64,000 nucleotides of DNA from a virus, in IMG/VR virus record IMGVR_UViG_3300017991_000003, positions 96,001 through 160,000 of that record; one strand, written 5' to 3'. Below, piece by piece: positions 55,741 to 63,988 of this stretch; the first letter of the stretch is position 1; every line of letters begins with the position of its first letter. The notes below the pieces were generated by a model. The model saw only the letters and a list, made by a program, of their open reading frames with translations, ran no database searches and had not been told where the DNA came from. The translations under genes and the position numbers were made by a program.

Positions 55741-58029
55741 ATGTCGAAGAACCCCCTGAACCTGGGTAAGCACGCGGCACACTACGGTCAGATCGAAATG
55801 ATCGACGGGGCCTACCTGCTGAAAGGCACCGCCACCACGTACATGGTCCTGTACGGTGCCGGCACTGCGCTGGATCGGGGTCAGGTGACTGTGCTGGACG
55901 CTATTTCCGGTTACGCAGTGATCGACCGAGCTCTGGTAGGGGTACGCGGGGCTGGTAAGCTCAAGCCCGCAGCGCCGGTCGCGGCGATAAGCCATGAGGT
56001 CAAGGTGAGCGCTAAAGGCCCCATCCTGTCGACCTTGTATGAGGATGTCATTGACGGCATCACCCGCCGCCGGGAGCACGCCTACTGGGTTGAGGGTAAC
56101 TGCGTGCATGTGCTGATCTCTCAGCAGGGCGCGGGATCAACCGAGTATGAGTCCAACTACTCAGGGGTCTACGGCGGTCGCTTTGATGATGAGCTCGCCG
56201 CGGATCTGGTGGAGATGACGGGCACGCTGACGGTCCCCACTGTGTCGGCGATGATCAAGGAGTCGGGAGAGCCCGAGAAGCCGCGGTTCTTCTCGCACAT
56301 GATGGACCTTGGCTGGTCACACGCTTCGGCGTTTGATCTGCCTAACCCAGCTGTGGTCGAGGATCCACACGCCTGGACGTACTCTACTGCGGGTAAGTAC
56401 AAGAAGAACACCGCTGGAGCCCTGCAAGGGCCTCTTCAAGAGATGCTGCTGGGGTCCGCGTCGTATGACATCGTCGACTGCTTGGTCCACCCAGCACAGT
56501 CCGCTCCCCGTATTCCCAAGCGATCACTACAGCCTTGGACGCTCTTGACCAGTCGCGGCGAGTCGTGGGATCACTTCGAGAAGTACCTCGAGTGGCGTGC
56601 GGAGATGGGTATGACCAGTGGGGTGATCTACCCCATGTTCTGGTGGCAGGAGATCAACTACCCTCCGAGCGTGGTTCAGGCCAACGGCCAGCACTGGTAT
56701 CCCGCCGGCGATCACGAGGGTTTCGCCAGCTTCTGCGCTATGGCCCGTGCGCTTGGCTTCGACGTCGGCGGCTACACCTTGTGGGGCATTCAGAAGGAGA
56801 CTGTCCCTAACTACAACCCAGGTGATCGGGTACTCGAGAGCAGCGGTGCCCCGCGCCCGTCGGTGTGGGAGTCCAATGTGTGGCTTAGTCGGGAAGAGCA
56901 GACGCAGAAGTACATGGACCTGTACCTGCCTAAGCTTCGAGATGAGTACCACTGGAGCATGATCTTCTACGACGTGGAGACCTACGCAGATCCCACGCAC
57001 GGCAACGGGGATCACGTGGACATGACGGCCGGCAGCCTGTGCGGAACGCTGGCTGGCTGCATCGCTGCGCGTCGAGAATGGATGCAGTACGGACAGGACG
57101 TCCTAGGCCCGGACGCGTTTGCTCATGGCGAAGGTAGTCGAGGCGGCTACCTAAATGATCAGGAGTACCTGTGGGCCGGTGTGATGACTGGCTTGAACAA
57201 GTCGATCAACACCAACAGCGGTAAGGAGGAGATCCAGACCACCGACCCTGATCGCACGATGCTCAGCTGGCCTATGGCTCTTGAGTACGTGTGGGCCGTG
57301 GAGAACCAGGTGTTCGCTCATACGCCTAACTTCCCAGGACGCACCTTCTCCCCCAACGACGCGAGTCTCCAAGACCCCGGAGTCGGCGGCCTCTTCCCAT
57401 TCAGTGTGAAGATGGTGGATGCGCTACGAGCTGTGAACTTGATGCACGGCCGTATGGGTGCTCTTCCGATCAATGGACAAGGGCACGAGGCTTTCCTGTC
57501 AAAGCGCGAGCAGGTCAAGGAGTACTACATCGCCTCGGCGATCTCAGCCTTCACGCGTGACCTCAGCGTCCCCACGATCCACTACCACAGCGACGAGCAC
57601 GGCTATGAGACCTTCTCGCAGCGCTACGCTCGTACAGGTCTAGACGGCTTCCGCCGTACACGTGTACGCCTGGTCTTCGAGTCAGGTCTCGAGGTCTATG
57701 TGAGCCTGGACAAGCAGCCGTGGGTTCTGCCTGACCGGTTTGGTGTGACGATCGAGGAGTTCGGCTACTTCTGCTTTGGGTCGGTCAACAACACGCTGGT
57801 GGTGGGCGGTAGTTGCTCCGCTCCCGTCACAGGCAACAAGCGGGTTGACTTCGTCATGATCCCCGGCGTGCTCACGGCGGTGGATGGTCGCGGTGAGGTG
57901 ACGAACTTCCTCGGCATGCCCGTGCCCGGAGGCCGGCTAGTGGTGCGCGACTACAAGAGGCAGTTCGTGATCAATGAGGGCACTGACGGGGTGCTGCACA
58001 AGTCGCTGACTACCTCGCACGGGTTCTAG
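55741..58029 (+). CDS. large hypothetical protein (762 aa); possibly tail-associated enzyme
   Basis: ORF track; W/Y-rich central region; functional guess from context only. Confidence 0.6.
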   Translation: MSKNPLNLGKHAAHYGQIEMIDGAYLLKGTATTYMVLYGAGTALDRGQVTVLDAISGYAVIDRALVGVRGAGKLKPAAPVAAISHEVKVSAKGPILSTLYEDVIDGITRRREHAYWVEGNCVHVLISQQGAGSTEYESNYSGVYGGRFDDELAADLVEMTGTLTVPTVSAMIKESGEPEKPRFFSHMMDLGWSHASAFDLPNPAVVEDPHAWTYSTAGKYKKNTAGALQGPLQEMLLGSASYDIVDCLVHPAQSAPRIPKRSLQPWTLLTSRGESWDHFEKYLEWRAEMGMTSGVIYPMFWWQEINYPPSVVQANGQHWYPAGDHEGFASFCAMARALGFDVGGYTLWGIQKETVPNYNPGDRVLESSGAPRPSVWESNVWLSREEQTQKYMDLYLPKLRDEYHWSMIFYDVETYADPTHGNGDHVDMTAGSLCGTLAGCIAARREWMQYGQDVLGPDAFAHGEGSRGGYLNDQEYLWAGVMTGLNKSINTNSGKEEIQTTDPDRTMLSWPMALEYVWAVENQVFAHTPNFPGRTFSPNDASLQDPGVGGLFPFSVKMVDALRAVNLMHGRMGALPINGQGHEAFLSKREQVKEYYIASAISAFTRDLSVPTIHYHSDEHGYETFSQRYARTGLDGFRRTRVRLVFESGLEVYVSLDKQPWVLPDRFGVTIEEFGYFCFGSVNNTLVVGGSCSAPVTGNKRVDFVMIPGVLTAVDGRGEVTNFLGMPVPGGRLVVRDYKRQFVINEGTDGVLHKSLTTSHGF

Positions 58030-58030
58030 C

Positions 58031-58053
58031 TAAAAAAGAGCCCCGAAGGGCTC
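58031..58053 (-). terminator. rho-independent terminator (minus strand), same hairpin as 30897-30912
   Basis: AAAAAAGAGCCCCGAAGGGCTC; T-tract on minus strand. Confidence 0.6.
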
Positions 58054-58074
58054 CTAGACCTTGTTCGGGCCTAA

Positions 58075-58578
58075 CTAGGGCGAGCTCTCGTTGATGCGTA
58101 GCTGGGCTACGATCGGCCAGTACAGGCAGTTCGAGACGCTGTTGTAGACGACATACGAGATGTGATCTCGAGGCTCAGCTCGTCGATTGACGCTCTGCGC
58201 AATGAAGCGAGCTTGTCGGCAGTCTGCACGCTGTAGCGCGGGAAGCAGCCAACCAGCAGGCTCTGTGCGGGATCCCTCTTTCCGTGGGACGCGTCCGGCT
58301 TCGATCGTGGCGACGACCGTACCTGTTCGACGACCTGTCTTGGACGAGGGTCGCCAAACCACCTGATCCCCTACCGCGAAGTCCGCGTAGCCACGCAAGG
58401 CTGGGAGGATCGGAACAGGTTGAAGGTACCAATACACGGTGGCGTCTGTGGCGTAGCGCGGGTTCGTTTCGTAGTAGCGCTTCTTGGCCATGTCCAGGCG
58501 GCGGATGGCCGCGGCCTCTGAGTACAGAACGACACCGATGGGGGTGTCGTTCTGCATCAGAACGTATGCGAGCTTCAT
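58075..58578 (-). CDS. hypothetical protein (167 aa)
   Basis: ORF track; C-terminal half paralogous to 58974-59531. Confidence 0.5.
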   Translation of the reverse strand: MKLAYVLMQNDTPIGVVLYSEAAAIRRLDMAKKRYYETNPRYATDATVYWYLQPVPILPALRGYADFAVGDQVVWRPSSKTGRRTGTVVATIEAGRVPRKEGSRTEPAGWLLPALQRADCRQARFIAQSVNRRAEPRDHISYVVYNSVSNCLYWPIVAQLRINESSP

Positions 58579-58730
58579 CCTTGATCAGCGTCGCAGTTGG
58601 TGCACAGCTTGACCGGAGCGGTCTTGCAGCCGTCGTCGACCGCAGCGTCCTCCTCTACGTGCCCGCAGTACAGGCACTTGAAGACGAGGACCTCGTAGTG
58701 GTCTTCCGTTCGGATGGTGTCGAGGTACAT
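58575..58730 (-). CDS. small zinc-ribbon protein (about 51 aa), not in ORF track
   Basis: hand-translated MYLDTIRTEDHYEVLVFKCLYCGHVEEDAAVDDGCKTAPVKLCTNCDADQG; ATGA overlap with downstream gene. Confidence 0.35.
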   Translation of the reverse strand: MYLDTIRTEDHYEVLVFKCLYCGHVEEDAAVDDGCKTAPVKLCTNCDADQG

Positions 58731-58753
58731 GGGTGGTGTCAAGGGATGGGCGG

Positions 58754-58984
58754 TCAGAGGGAGTACCGACTCGGCCGGCCGCAGTGCTTGCAGTACATCT
58801 GGCTGTACAGCCGGAACTTGAGCATGACGAGCTCGCCTGAGTCACCGGGCCGCGGCATCTCCGCCCCGGAGGGTTGGATGCCTTCGTCGGCCTTACAAGT
58901 CCAACTGTGGTTGCCGAACAGACAGCCAAGGGCGACTCCTAGGCGTTTGATGCGCGCCCAGAGCCTGGTGAGCCTAGCAGACAC
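58754..58984 (-). CDS. questionable small ORF (76 aa)
   Basis: ORF track; start uncertain. Confidence 0.25.
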   Translation of the reverse strand: MSARLTRLWARIKRLGVALGCLFGNHSWTCKADEGIQPSGAEMPRPGDSGELVMLKFRLYSQMYCKHCGRPSRYSL

Positions 58985-59531
58985 GATCGACCTCCTTCAT
59001 GTAGGGCTCCTTGTGAGTGTGCCGGCCGGTCATGGTCTGGCAGTCGATGAGGCGAGCAGGCCTGAGAGCCGATACACGCGGCCAGTACAGGTGGTTACCG
59101 ACGAGGACGAGGTAGGACACGTGATTGCGTCCGTACCCGCCTCCGAGCTTGGCAGTGCTGTAGCGATCGAGGCCCAATCTCTTGAGCTTGTCGTTCAGCA
59201 GCCCGCCGTGAGAGCACTGACCACGTGTCGGACGCACGCCTGCCGGGACGATCGCAACGACCTGTCCGGTCTTCTGAGTGGTGTAACCACTTGAGGAACT
59301 CTTCCAGGTCACCCTGGACCCGACGATGAAGTCAGACTGCAACTCCTCTGTGTGCTGCTTAGCCAGAAGGAGGAGCTTCTCGACACCGCGCGGAGCGTGC
59401 TTCTTGAGGAACTCATCGAGCTCTCGTAGGTGTATCGTCTCGGTCGCGCAACCAGTAGCTGCGATCGTGAGGCGGGGAGGCAAGATCACATCGTCTTGGA
59501 TGTGAACTTGGTCAGTGAAGTGGTGCTCCAT
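58974..59531 (-). CDS. hypothetical protein (185 aa)
   Basis: internal ATG 59531 (MEHHFTDQ); motifs G.(Q/R)V.W...S..........TG.VVA and H(V/I)SY.V......LYWP.V..LR shared with 58075-58578. Confidence 0.5.
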   Translation of the reverse strand: MEHHFTDQVHIQDDVILPPRLTIAATGCATETIHLRELDEFLKKHAPRGVEKLLLLAKQHTEELQSDFIVGSRVTWKSSSSGYTTQKTGQVVAIVPAGVRPTRGQCSHGGLLNDKLKRLGLDRYSTAKLGGGYGRNHVSYLVLVGNHLYWPRVSALRPARLIDCQTMTGRHTHKEPYMKEVDRVC

Positions 59532-60145
59532 CAGAAGCCTCCGAACAGGGAGTTGGCATTGTCGATCCGCAGCGCCGCGGCCACGGTTTCGAAGCCTCCG
59601 GAGAACTCGCTTAGGGCGCGAGCGATCAAGGCATCGGCATCGGCGGCAGTCATGGGGCTGTTGAGATCCCGACAGATAAACACGCCAAAGAAACCACCGC
59701 CATCCTCGAAACTGGAGAACGTCAGCCGCGTGACGCCGCTGATGTTGTTGTAGGTGACCAAGGCGCGCTCCCGCTGGGACTCGGTCAGCAGCGGGTTGAG
59801 GGGGCGGGCGGCCATCAGGAGCAGTCGGGGCACCTCGTTCTCTACCTGAGGCTCGTCGATCGCGCCGCTGAGGAAGAAGAGGGTGCCTTCGACTCGTTCG
59901 GTCCACCCGAAGGCGGTGCTCTGGTCTTCTCCCTCGGTGATGGGGATGACGGCCTCGCGGTGCTTGAAGGCTTTCGAGATCTCGCGAGCGTTGGCCTTGG
60001 TCGTGAAGTCCTCGTTGTAGTAGTAGGTGTCCTTCTCAGCCGGCACGACTGCCAGCTGACCTTGGAGAGGCGACTTCTGGTCGGAGGACAGGCAGGTGAT
60101 GAAGAGCGAGGCGACGAGCGTCAGTGCGAGGTTGGTGTATTTCAT
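59531..60145 (-). CDS. putative lipoprotein (204 aa)
   Basis: signal peptide MKYTNLALTLVASLFITC (lipobox FITC). Confidence 0.55.
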   Translation of the reverse strand: MKYTNLALTLVASLFITCLSSDQKSPLQGQLAVVPAEKDTYYYNEDFTTKANAREISKAFKHREAVIPITEGEDQSTAFGWTERVEGTLFFLSGAIDEPQVENEVPRLLLMAARPLNPLLTESQRERALVTYNNISGVTRLTFSSFEDGGGFFGVFICRDLNSPMTAADADALIARALSEFSGGFETVAAALRIDNANSLFGGF

Positions 60146-60186
60146 GGTTGGGTAGTGTTGTTAGGCGTTGGGGTTTACTGTGTGGG

Positions 60187-60372
60187 TCACGGCCTCACCC
60201 CACGGATCTTGTAGTAGGCCAAGGCGCAGGCCCCGAGGGGCCATAGCGCGACGGCACTGAAGGTCGGGGTGCCCTTCATCCGGGCACGGTCACAGGTCTT
60301 GGCGAGGGCCAGGAGTTCGTGGGAGACGACGGCTCCAAGGGCGTAGAGGGTGGTGAGGGCGAGGTAGATCAC
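60187..60372 (-). CDS. small membrane protein (61 aa), GTG start
   Basis: hydrophobic VIYLALTTLYALGAVV and AVALWPLGACALAYY; GTGA overlap with upstream stop. Confidence 0.3.
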   Translation of the reverse strand: MIYLALTTLYALGAVVSHELLALAKTCDRARMKGTPTFSAVALWPLGACALAYYKIRGVRP

Positions 60373-60761
60373 GGCTTGTCCTCCGGTGCGGGTGTAGGTG
60401 GGGCGGGGATGGGGAGGTAGCCGACGTACCAGGAGTCGTCCGCGTTGAAGTACTCTCCGTAGCGACAGGTAGATGTCCATTCGGTTCCGTCCCACCGGGC
60501 GACAACACAGGCCAGGGAGTCGCGCTCGCATAGCAAGACCTCGCGCCCGTCCCGAGGCGCACTCTCCATGTCCCGCCACTCGGTAGCCTCGGCAAGCTGG
60601 CGGCGGGCCTCGCGCCACATCTTCATCGCGGCCCTCCGGCGCTCTTGGTCGTGCTGGGCGTCGGCCTCCAGGTCGGCCACTAGGGCCAGGAGGGCACCGC
60701 GGCGCCCCGTGAACATGGTGGCCTTGGCCAGCAGCGCCCGCGCCTCGTCGAGCCTACTCAT
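60369..60761 (-). CDS. hypothetical protein (130 aa)
   Basis: ATG 60761 (8-nt overlap) preferred over ORF-track 60806. Confidence 0.45.
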   Translation of the reverse strand: MSRLDEARALLAKATMFTGRRGALLALVADLEADAQHDQERRRAAMKMWREARRQLAEATEWRDMESAPRDGREVLLCERDSLACVVARWDGTEWTSTCRYGEYFNADDSWYVGYLPIPAPPTPAPEDKP

Positions 60762-61413
60762 CGCTTCCTCCCAGGCCAGCGGCCCGTGCGGCGGCGCGGG
60801 CTTCAAAGAGACTGTTGTAGTGGATGTGGGGTTCGTCGAGCCACCGCTCGACCTTGCCGAACAGCTCCTCCCCCGCCGCGACCTTGGCCCTCAGGGCGGC
60901 CCAGGCTTCACGCGGGTTGGCGTTGGGGCACAGGTCTTCGTGCATCACGGAGTCGCAGCCGTCCAAGCAGTCAGGCCCCTCGTTGATGATGGCGGTCAGC
61001 CGTTCGACCTCGGCGCGGGTTTCGGCAAGCTGCGCGGAGGCTTTGACCGCTTCGTCCCAGCCGCGCTCGGGCTCGGTGTGGGCGAGGGCGGCGTCGATGT
61101 CGTCGATCCTCCCGGTGTCGTCGTCGCAGAAGTCGCACTCGTAGAACTTGGCGAGGAGCCAGCGAACGTCCTCCTCTAGCACCCGGACGCGCTCGGCCAG
61201 GGCGTCGCGATCGCGCCAGAGCCCGGCCAGAGCCTCATTGGAGATCGGGGACTCGACGACCCGCTCGCGCTCGGTGGATTCGCGGGCGATAGCGTCTCGG
61301 AGGGCCCGGCGATCCGACGCCATCTCGGGCGAGTCCTCGTCGTAGTTGATCGCGGTGCAGATCAGGTTGTCGATGCACTCCTCGACGCTCGGGGTGGAGT
61401 GATTAGTGGTCAT
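60754..61413 (-). CDS. coiled-coil Cys-rich protein, paralogue family member
   Basis: internal ATG 61413 (MTTNHSTPSVEE) with GGAG upstream; shares N-terminal motif and ALAHTEPE block with 61403-62377. Confidence 0.5.
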   Translation of the reverse strand: MTTNHSTPSVEECIDNLICTAINYDEDSPEMASDRRALRDAIARESTERERVVESPISNEALAGLWRDRDALAERVRVLEEDVRWLLAKFYECDFCDDDTGRIDDIDAALAHTEPERGWDEAVKASAQLAETRAEVERLTAIINEGPDCLDGCDSVMHEDLCPNANPREAWAALRAKVAAGEELFGKVERWLDEPHIHYNSLFEARAAARAAGLGGSDE

Positions 61414-62377
61414 TTTGAATCTCCGGGGCGGTGTGGTCAGTACAGAAACGGCTACCCTCAATGGTGTCGGCGTTGCACCGGGGCTCCCCGATAGGGTGGA
61501 CGGGACACTTGCCCGGGGCGGCGGGCTCGGTGCGGGCGGCCTCCTCGTCGAGGCGCTCCTCGTCGTCCACGAACTTGCACGACGGGCAGAACGGGCCGGG
61601 GTGGTTATGCCCGGCGGTGAACGGACCAACCGTGTCGTCGCAGGACACGCAAGTCAGGGGCCCATCCGGGGCGGCGGGGCGGTTATCCCACCATGCAGCA
61701 CCTTTCGGGTTGCCGTGGCCGCACCCATCCTCCGAGGAGCCGCACTCCTCACAGAAGGTGTCGCCCGGCAGCGGCTGATCATGCAGGTCGCACGGCCCCG
61801 CCTCGAACGGTAGGCGTTTGAAGCGGGTGGCGTTCACCGCCTCGATGGCTCGCTCGGACCACGGGTTGACCTCGGGCTCGGTGCGGGCCAGGGCGGTGTC
61901 GAGGCGTTCCCAGAAGTCCCCAGGCGCGGGGCGGGAAAAGTAGCTCATCTTGGGCGACCGGGAGTGCTGTTTCATCTCGGCACCAAGCGCCTCCAGCGCC
62001 CGGATCCGCTCGGCCAGGGCGTTGCGCTCGGCTTCGAGTTCCCGCTCGCGCTCGGCGGACTCGACGCGGAGTTTGACGTACCCAGCGCCCACCTCTTCGA
62101 GCTTGCGTTGGAGGTCGGCCTCGCGTTCGGCGGACTCCTCGACCTGTACGGCCATGACCTTCACGCAGTCGTTCACGTTGTCGTGCGGGCAGTCGCCGGT
62201 CGCGCAGCCGTGCCATTGGGGCTCGCGCTCGGCGGGCTCGCGGCCAGCACGGATCAGGCGGGCGGCATTGTGGTAGTTAGCCTGGTCCTCCGTGTTGCCT
62301 TGTAGGCGCGACTCCTCCTCTCGGAGCGCCAGGAACTCCAGCGTCCACTCGAGGCTCGGGGTGGGGTGGTTACTCAT
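61403..62377 (-). CDS. coiled-coil protein with multiple Cys clusters, paralogue family member
   Basis: internal ATG 62377 (MSNHPTPSLEW); ALARTEPE block; several CxxC pairs; N-terminal part of ORF-track frame is R-rich and rejected. Confidence 0.5.
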   Translation of the reverse strand: MSNHPTPSLEWTLEFLALREEESRLQGNTEDQANYHNAARLIRAGREPAEREPQWHGCATGDCPHDNVNDCVKVMAVQVEESAEREADLQRKLEEVGAGYVKLRVESAERERELEAERNALAERIRALEALGAEMKQHSRSPKMSYFSRPAPGDFWERLDTALARTEPEVNPWSERAIEAVNATRFKRLPFEAGPCDLHDQPLPGDTFCEECGSSEDGCGHGNPKGAAWWDNRPAAPDGPLTCVSCDDTVGPFTAGHNHPGPFCPSCKFVDDEERLDEEAARTEPAAPGKCPVHPIGEPRCNADTIEGSRFCTDHTAPEIQNDH

Positions 62378-62534
62378 CGGTCTGCTCCGGTGTGTAGGGG
62401 TTGTCGGTCGGGTCCTGGCCGAAGGCGTGGTTCCACCCCAAAGCGTACGCCTCGGCCTTCGCGGCCTGGATCGCGGCGTAGAGGGCGGACTCGGCGGCGT
62501 CGCGGTCCCGCATCCTCCAAGGGCGTGGGTCCAT
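62370..62534 (-). CDS. small hypothetical protein (start ambiguous)
   Basis: ATG 62534 or GTG 62600; only the C-terminal part of the ORF-track frame looks protein-like. Confidence 0.3.
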   Translation of the reverse strand: MDPRPWRMRDRDAAESALYAAIQAAKAEAYALGWNHAFGQDPTDNPYTPEQTDE

Positions 62535-62592
62535 GCAATACTGCGACTGCGCCGAGATGGCCTGGCGGACCTCCTTCTCGCACGGTCGGGGG

Positions 62593-62916
62593 CTATCCAC
62601 GGGCGGCCTCCTGCGCGGCCCGACGGACCGCATCCAGCTCCTTCTTCCTGGTTGCCGCCCAGTCCTTCGCTTTGAAGTAGGCGGACTCGGCCACGCGCAG
62701 CGCCCGGTCCCACGCCTCGGCCTCCGTCGGACACCAATCCTCGATCGAGACCGTGGTGAGGTGCTCGGTGGCGCGGCACCGCTCCACGCGGATCTGCTTC
62801 GCGGTCCGCTTGAGGACGGGGACGACGAAGCACTTGGGTGTCGGGTCGTTGTAGCTCGCGGACCGCACAACGTAGTGGAACTCTTCGTCTTGGTTCGGGG
62901 TCGGTTGGTCACTCAT
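62593..62916 (-). CDS. hypothetical protein (107 aa), N-terminal motif family member
   Basis: internal ATG 62916 (MSDQPTPNQDEE); start region AGACCGATGAGT shared with 62377. Confidence 0.45.
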   Translation of the reverse strand: MSDQPTPNQDEEFHYVVRSASYNDPTPKCFVVPVLKRTAKQIRVERCRATEHLTTVSIEDWCPTEAEAWDRALRVAESAYFKAKDWAATRKKELDAVRRAAQEAARG

Positions 62917-62953
62917 CGGTCTTGTCCTCCTTGGGGTCGAGCCAGGGGGCGGC

Positions 62954-63151
62954 TCATTGGAAATCCTCATGCCCCGAGTCGCGGAGCCTCTTGATTTCGC
63001 CCTGTGCCCAGTCCAGGCACTCACGAGAGTGGGCAATCAGCGCTTCAGCCTTGTGAATCGACTCCCTGTGCTTCTTGACCCATGCTGTGAGGCTGTCACG
63101 TATGGATTCGTCGCGCGGGCGAAGCCCATGGAATCTGTAGAAGGCGATCAT
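62954..63151 (-). CDS. hypothetical protein (65 aa)
   Basis: ORF track. Confidence 0.4.
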   Translation of the reverse strand: MIAFYRFHGLRPRDESIRDSLTAWVKKHRESIHKAEALIAHSRECLDWAQGEIKRLRDSGHEDFQ

Positions 63152-63393
63152 CGCGGGCCCTCCTGCTCCAGGTGGGCGTCGATCAGGTCCAGCATTTCCA
63201 GGGCATCCTGGAGGGCTTCCTCCTTAGAGTAGCGCCACTCCCTCTCCCCGCTGTAGGAGAGGAAACCCTGCCAGAACCCGCCGGCCATGCGGTCGAGGCG
63301 GTCTCGGCGGACTTCTTTCGGAGATTGAGGGGCCGGCAGGACCCCCTCGGCGACGAGGTTCCTCACGACAAACTCAATGTCATTGCTATTCAT
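63148..63393 (-). CDS. hypothetical protein (81 aa)
   Basis: ORF track; overlapping start/stop. Confidence 0.4.
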   Translation of the reverse strand: MNSNDIEFVVRNLVAEGVLPAPQSPKEVRRDRLDRMAGGFWQGFLSYSGEREWRYSKEEALQDALEMLDLIDAHLEQEGPR

Positions 63394-63757
63394 CGCTTCC
63401 CCCCTGCTCCCCGAGGAGCGCGGCGAGGCGAGTTGAAACGGTAGCGGTGTGGTTCGTCTTCATTGGATACCCCACGTGGTGCAGGAAGGGTTGCAGCTGG
63501 AACAACACCTCCCGGGCCTCAAGGGCGTAGGCCAGGAGGGCGGGGGCGGCGGCAAGAAGTGCGACGAAAGCGTCCAACTCTTTACGAGGCACATCATGAG
63601 GCGCACTACACGACGCCATGAACTTGTTCTCCTTCGTGGGCTTGTCTAGCCGCACGGAGTCGCGAAGCGTGTAGATCAGGCGGTCTTCGACAAGGAGTTC
63701 GGGTATGTGTCCGGCCAGTGCGTCCAGGTCGAGCTCGTTGTAGTGGGTGGGGTTCAT
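63386..63757 (-). CDS. hypothetical protein (123 aa)
   Basis: internal ATG 63757 (MNPTHYNELDLD); promoter-like motif 35 bp upstream. Confidence 0.45.
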   Translation of the reverse strand: MNPTHYNELDLDALAGHIPELLVEDRLIYTLRDSVRLDKPTKENKFMASCSAPHDVPRKELDAFVALLAAAPALLAYALEAREVLFQLQPFLHHVGYPMKTNHTATVSTRLAALLGEQGGSDE

Positions 63758-63791
63758 TGTTCGGTCCGTGGTAAGAGAAACAGGCGTCAGT

Positions 63792-63802
63792 GGACTTATG
63801 CC
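63792..63802 (-). promoter_or_regulatory. promoter-like motif copy (GGACTTATGCC)
   Basis: 35 bp upstream of ATG 63757. Confidence 0.5.
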
Positions 63803-63819
63803 ACGGACGCCTGCTCTAT

Positions 63820-63842
63820 CTGGCACTGGTACCTAGTGTCAG
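63820..63842. repeat. palindromic element copy 6 (CTGGCACT-GGTACCT-AGTGTCAG)
   Basis: overlaps stop of the HTH gene 63839-63988 and abuts the promoter-like motif of the next gene. Confidence 0.8.
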
Positions 63843-63988
63843 CCTTCGTACAGCTTCTGGACCGATGTCCCCAGCGCCTTGGCGATCTTGCTCATGGTCG
63901 GCCACTTAGGGATGAAGCGGCTGTGCTCGGCAGCGTTGATGTACTGACGCTCTTTACCTACACGTCGACCCAGCTCAGCTTGGCTCAT
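63839..63988 (-). CDS. XRE-family (Cro/CI-type) helix-turn-helix regulator (49 aa; may extend beyond window edge)
   Basis: hand-translated MSQAELGRRVGKERQYINAAEHSRFIPKWPTMSKIAKALGTSVQKLYEG; classic HTH_XRE pattern; not in ORF track. Confidence 0.55.
   Translation of the reverse strand: MSQAELGRRVGKERQYINAAEHSRFIPKWPTMSKIAKALGTSVQKLYEG

Noticed and set aside
2164-63842. Sigma-54 promoter reading of the TGGCAC-containing palindromes
   Set aside because: TGGCAC matches the -24 element, but the required TTGC -12 element at N5 spacing is absent in all copies, and the dyad symmetry is better explained as a binding site or hairpin.
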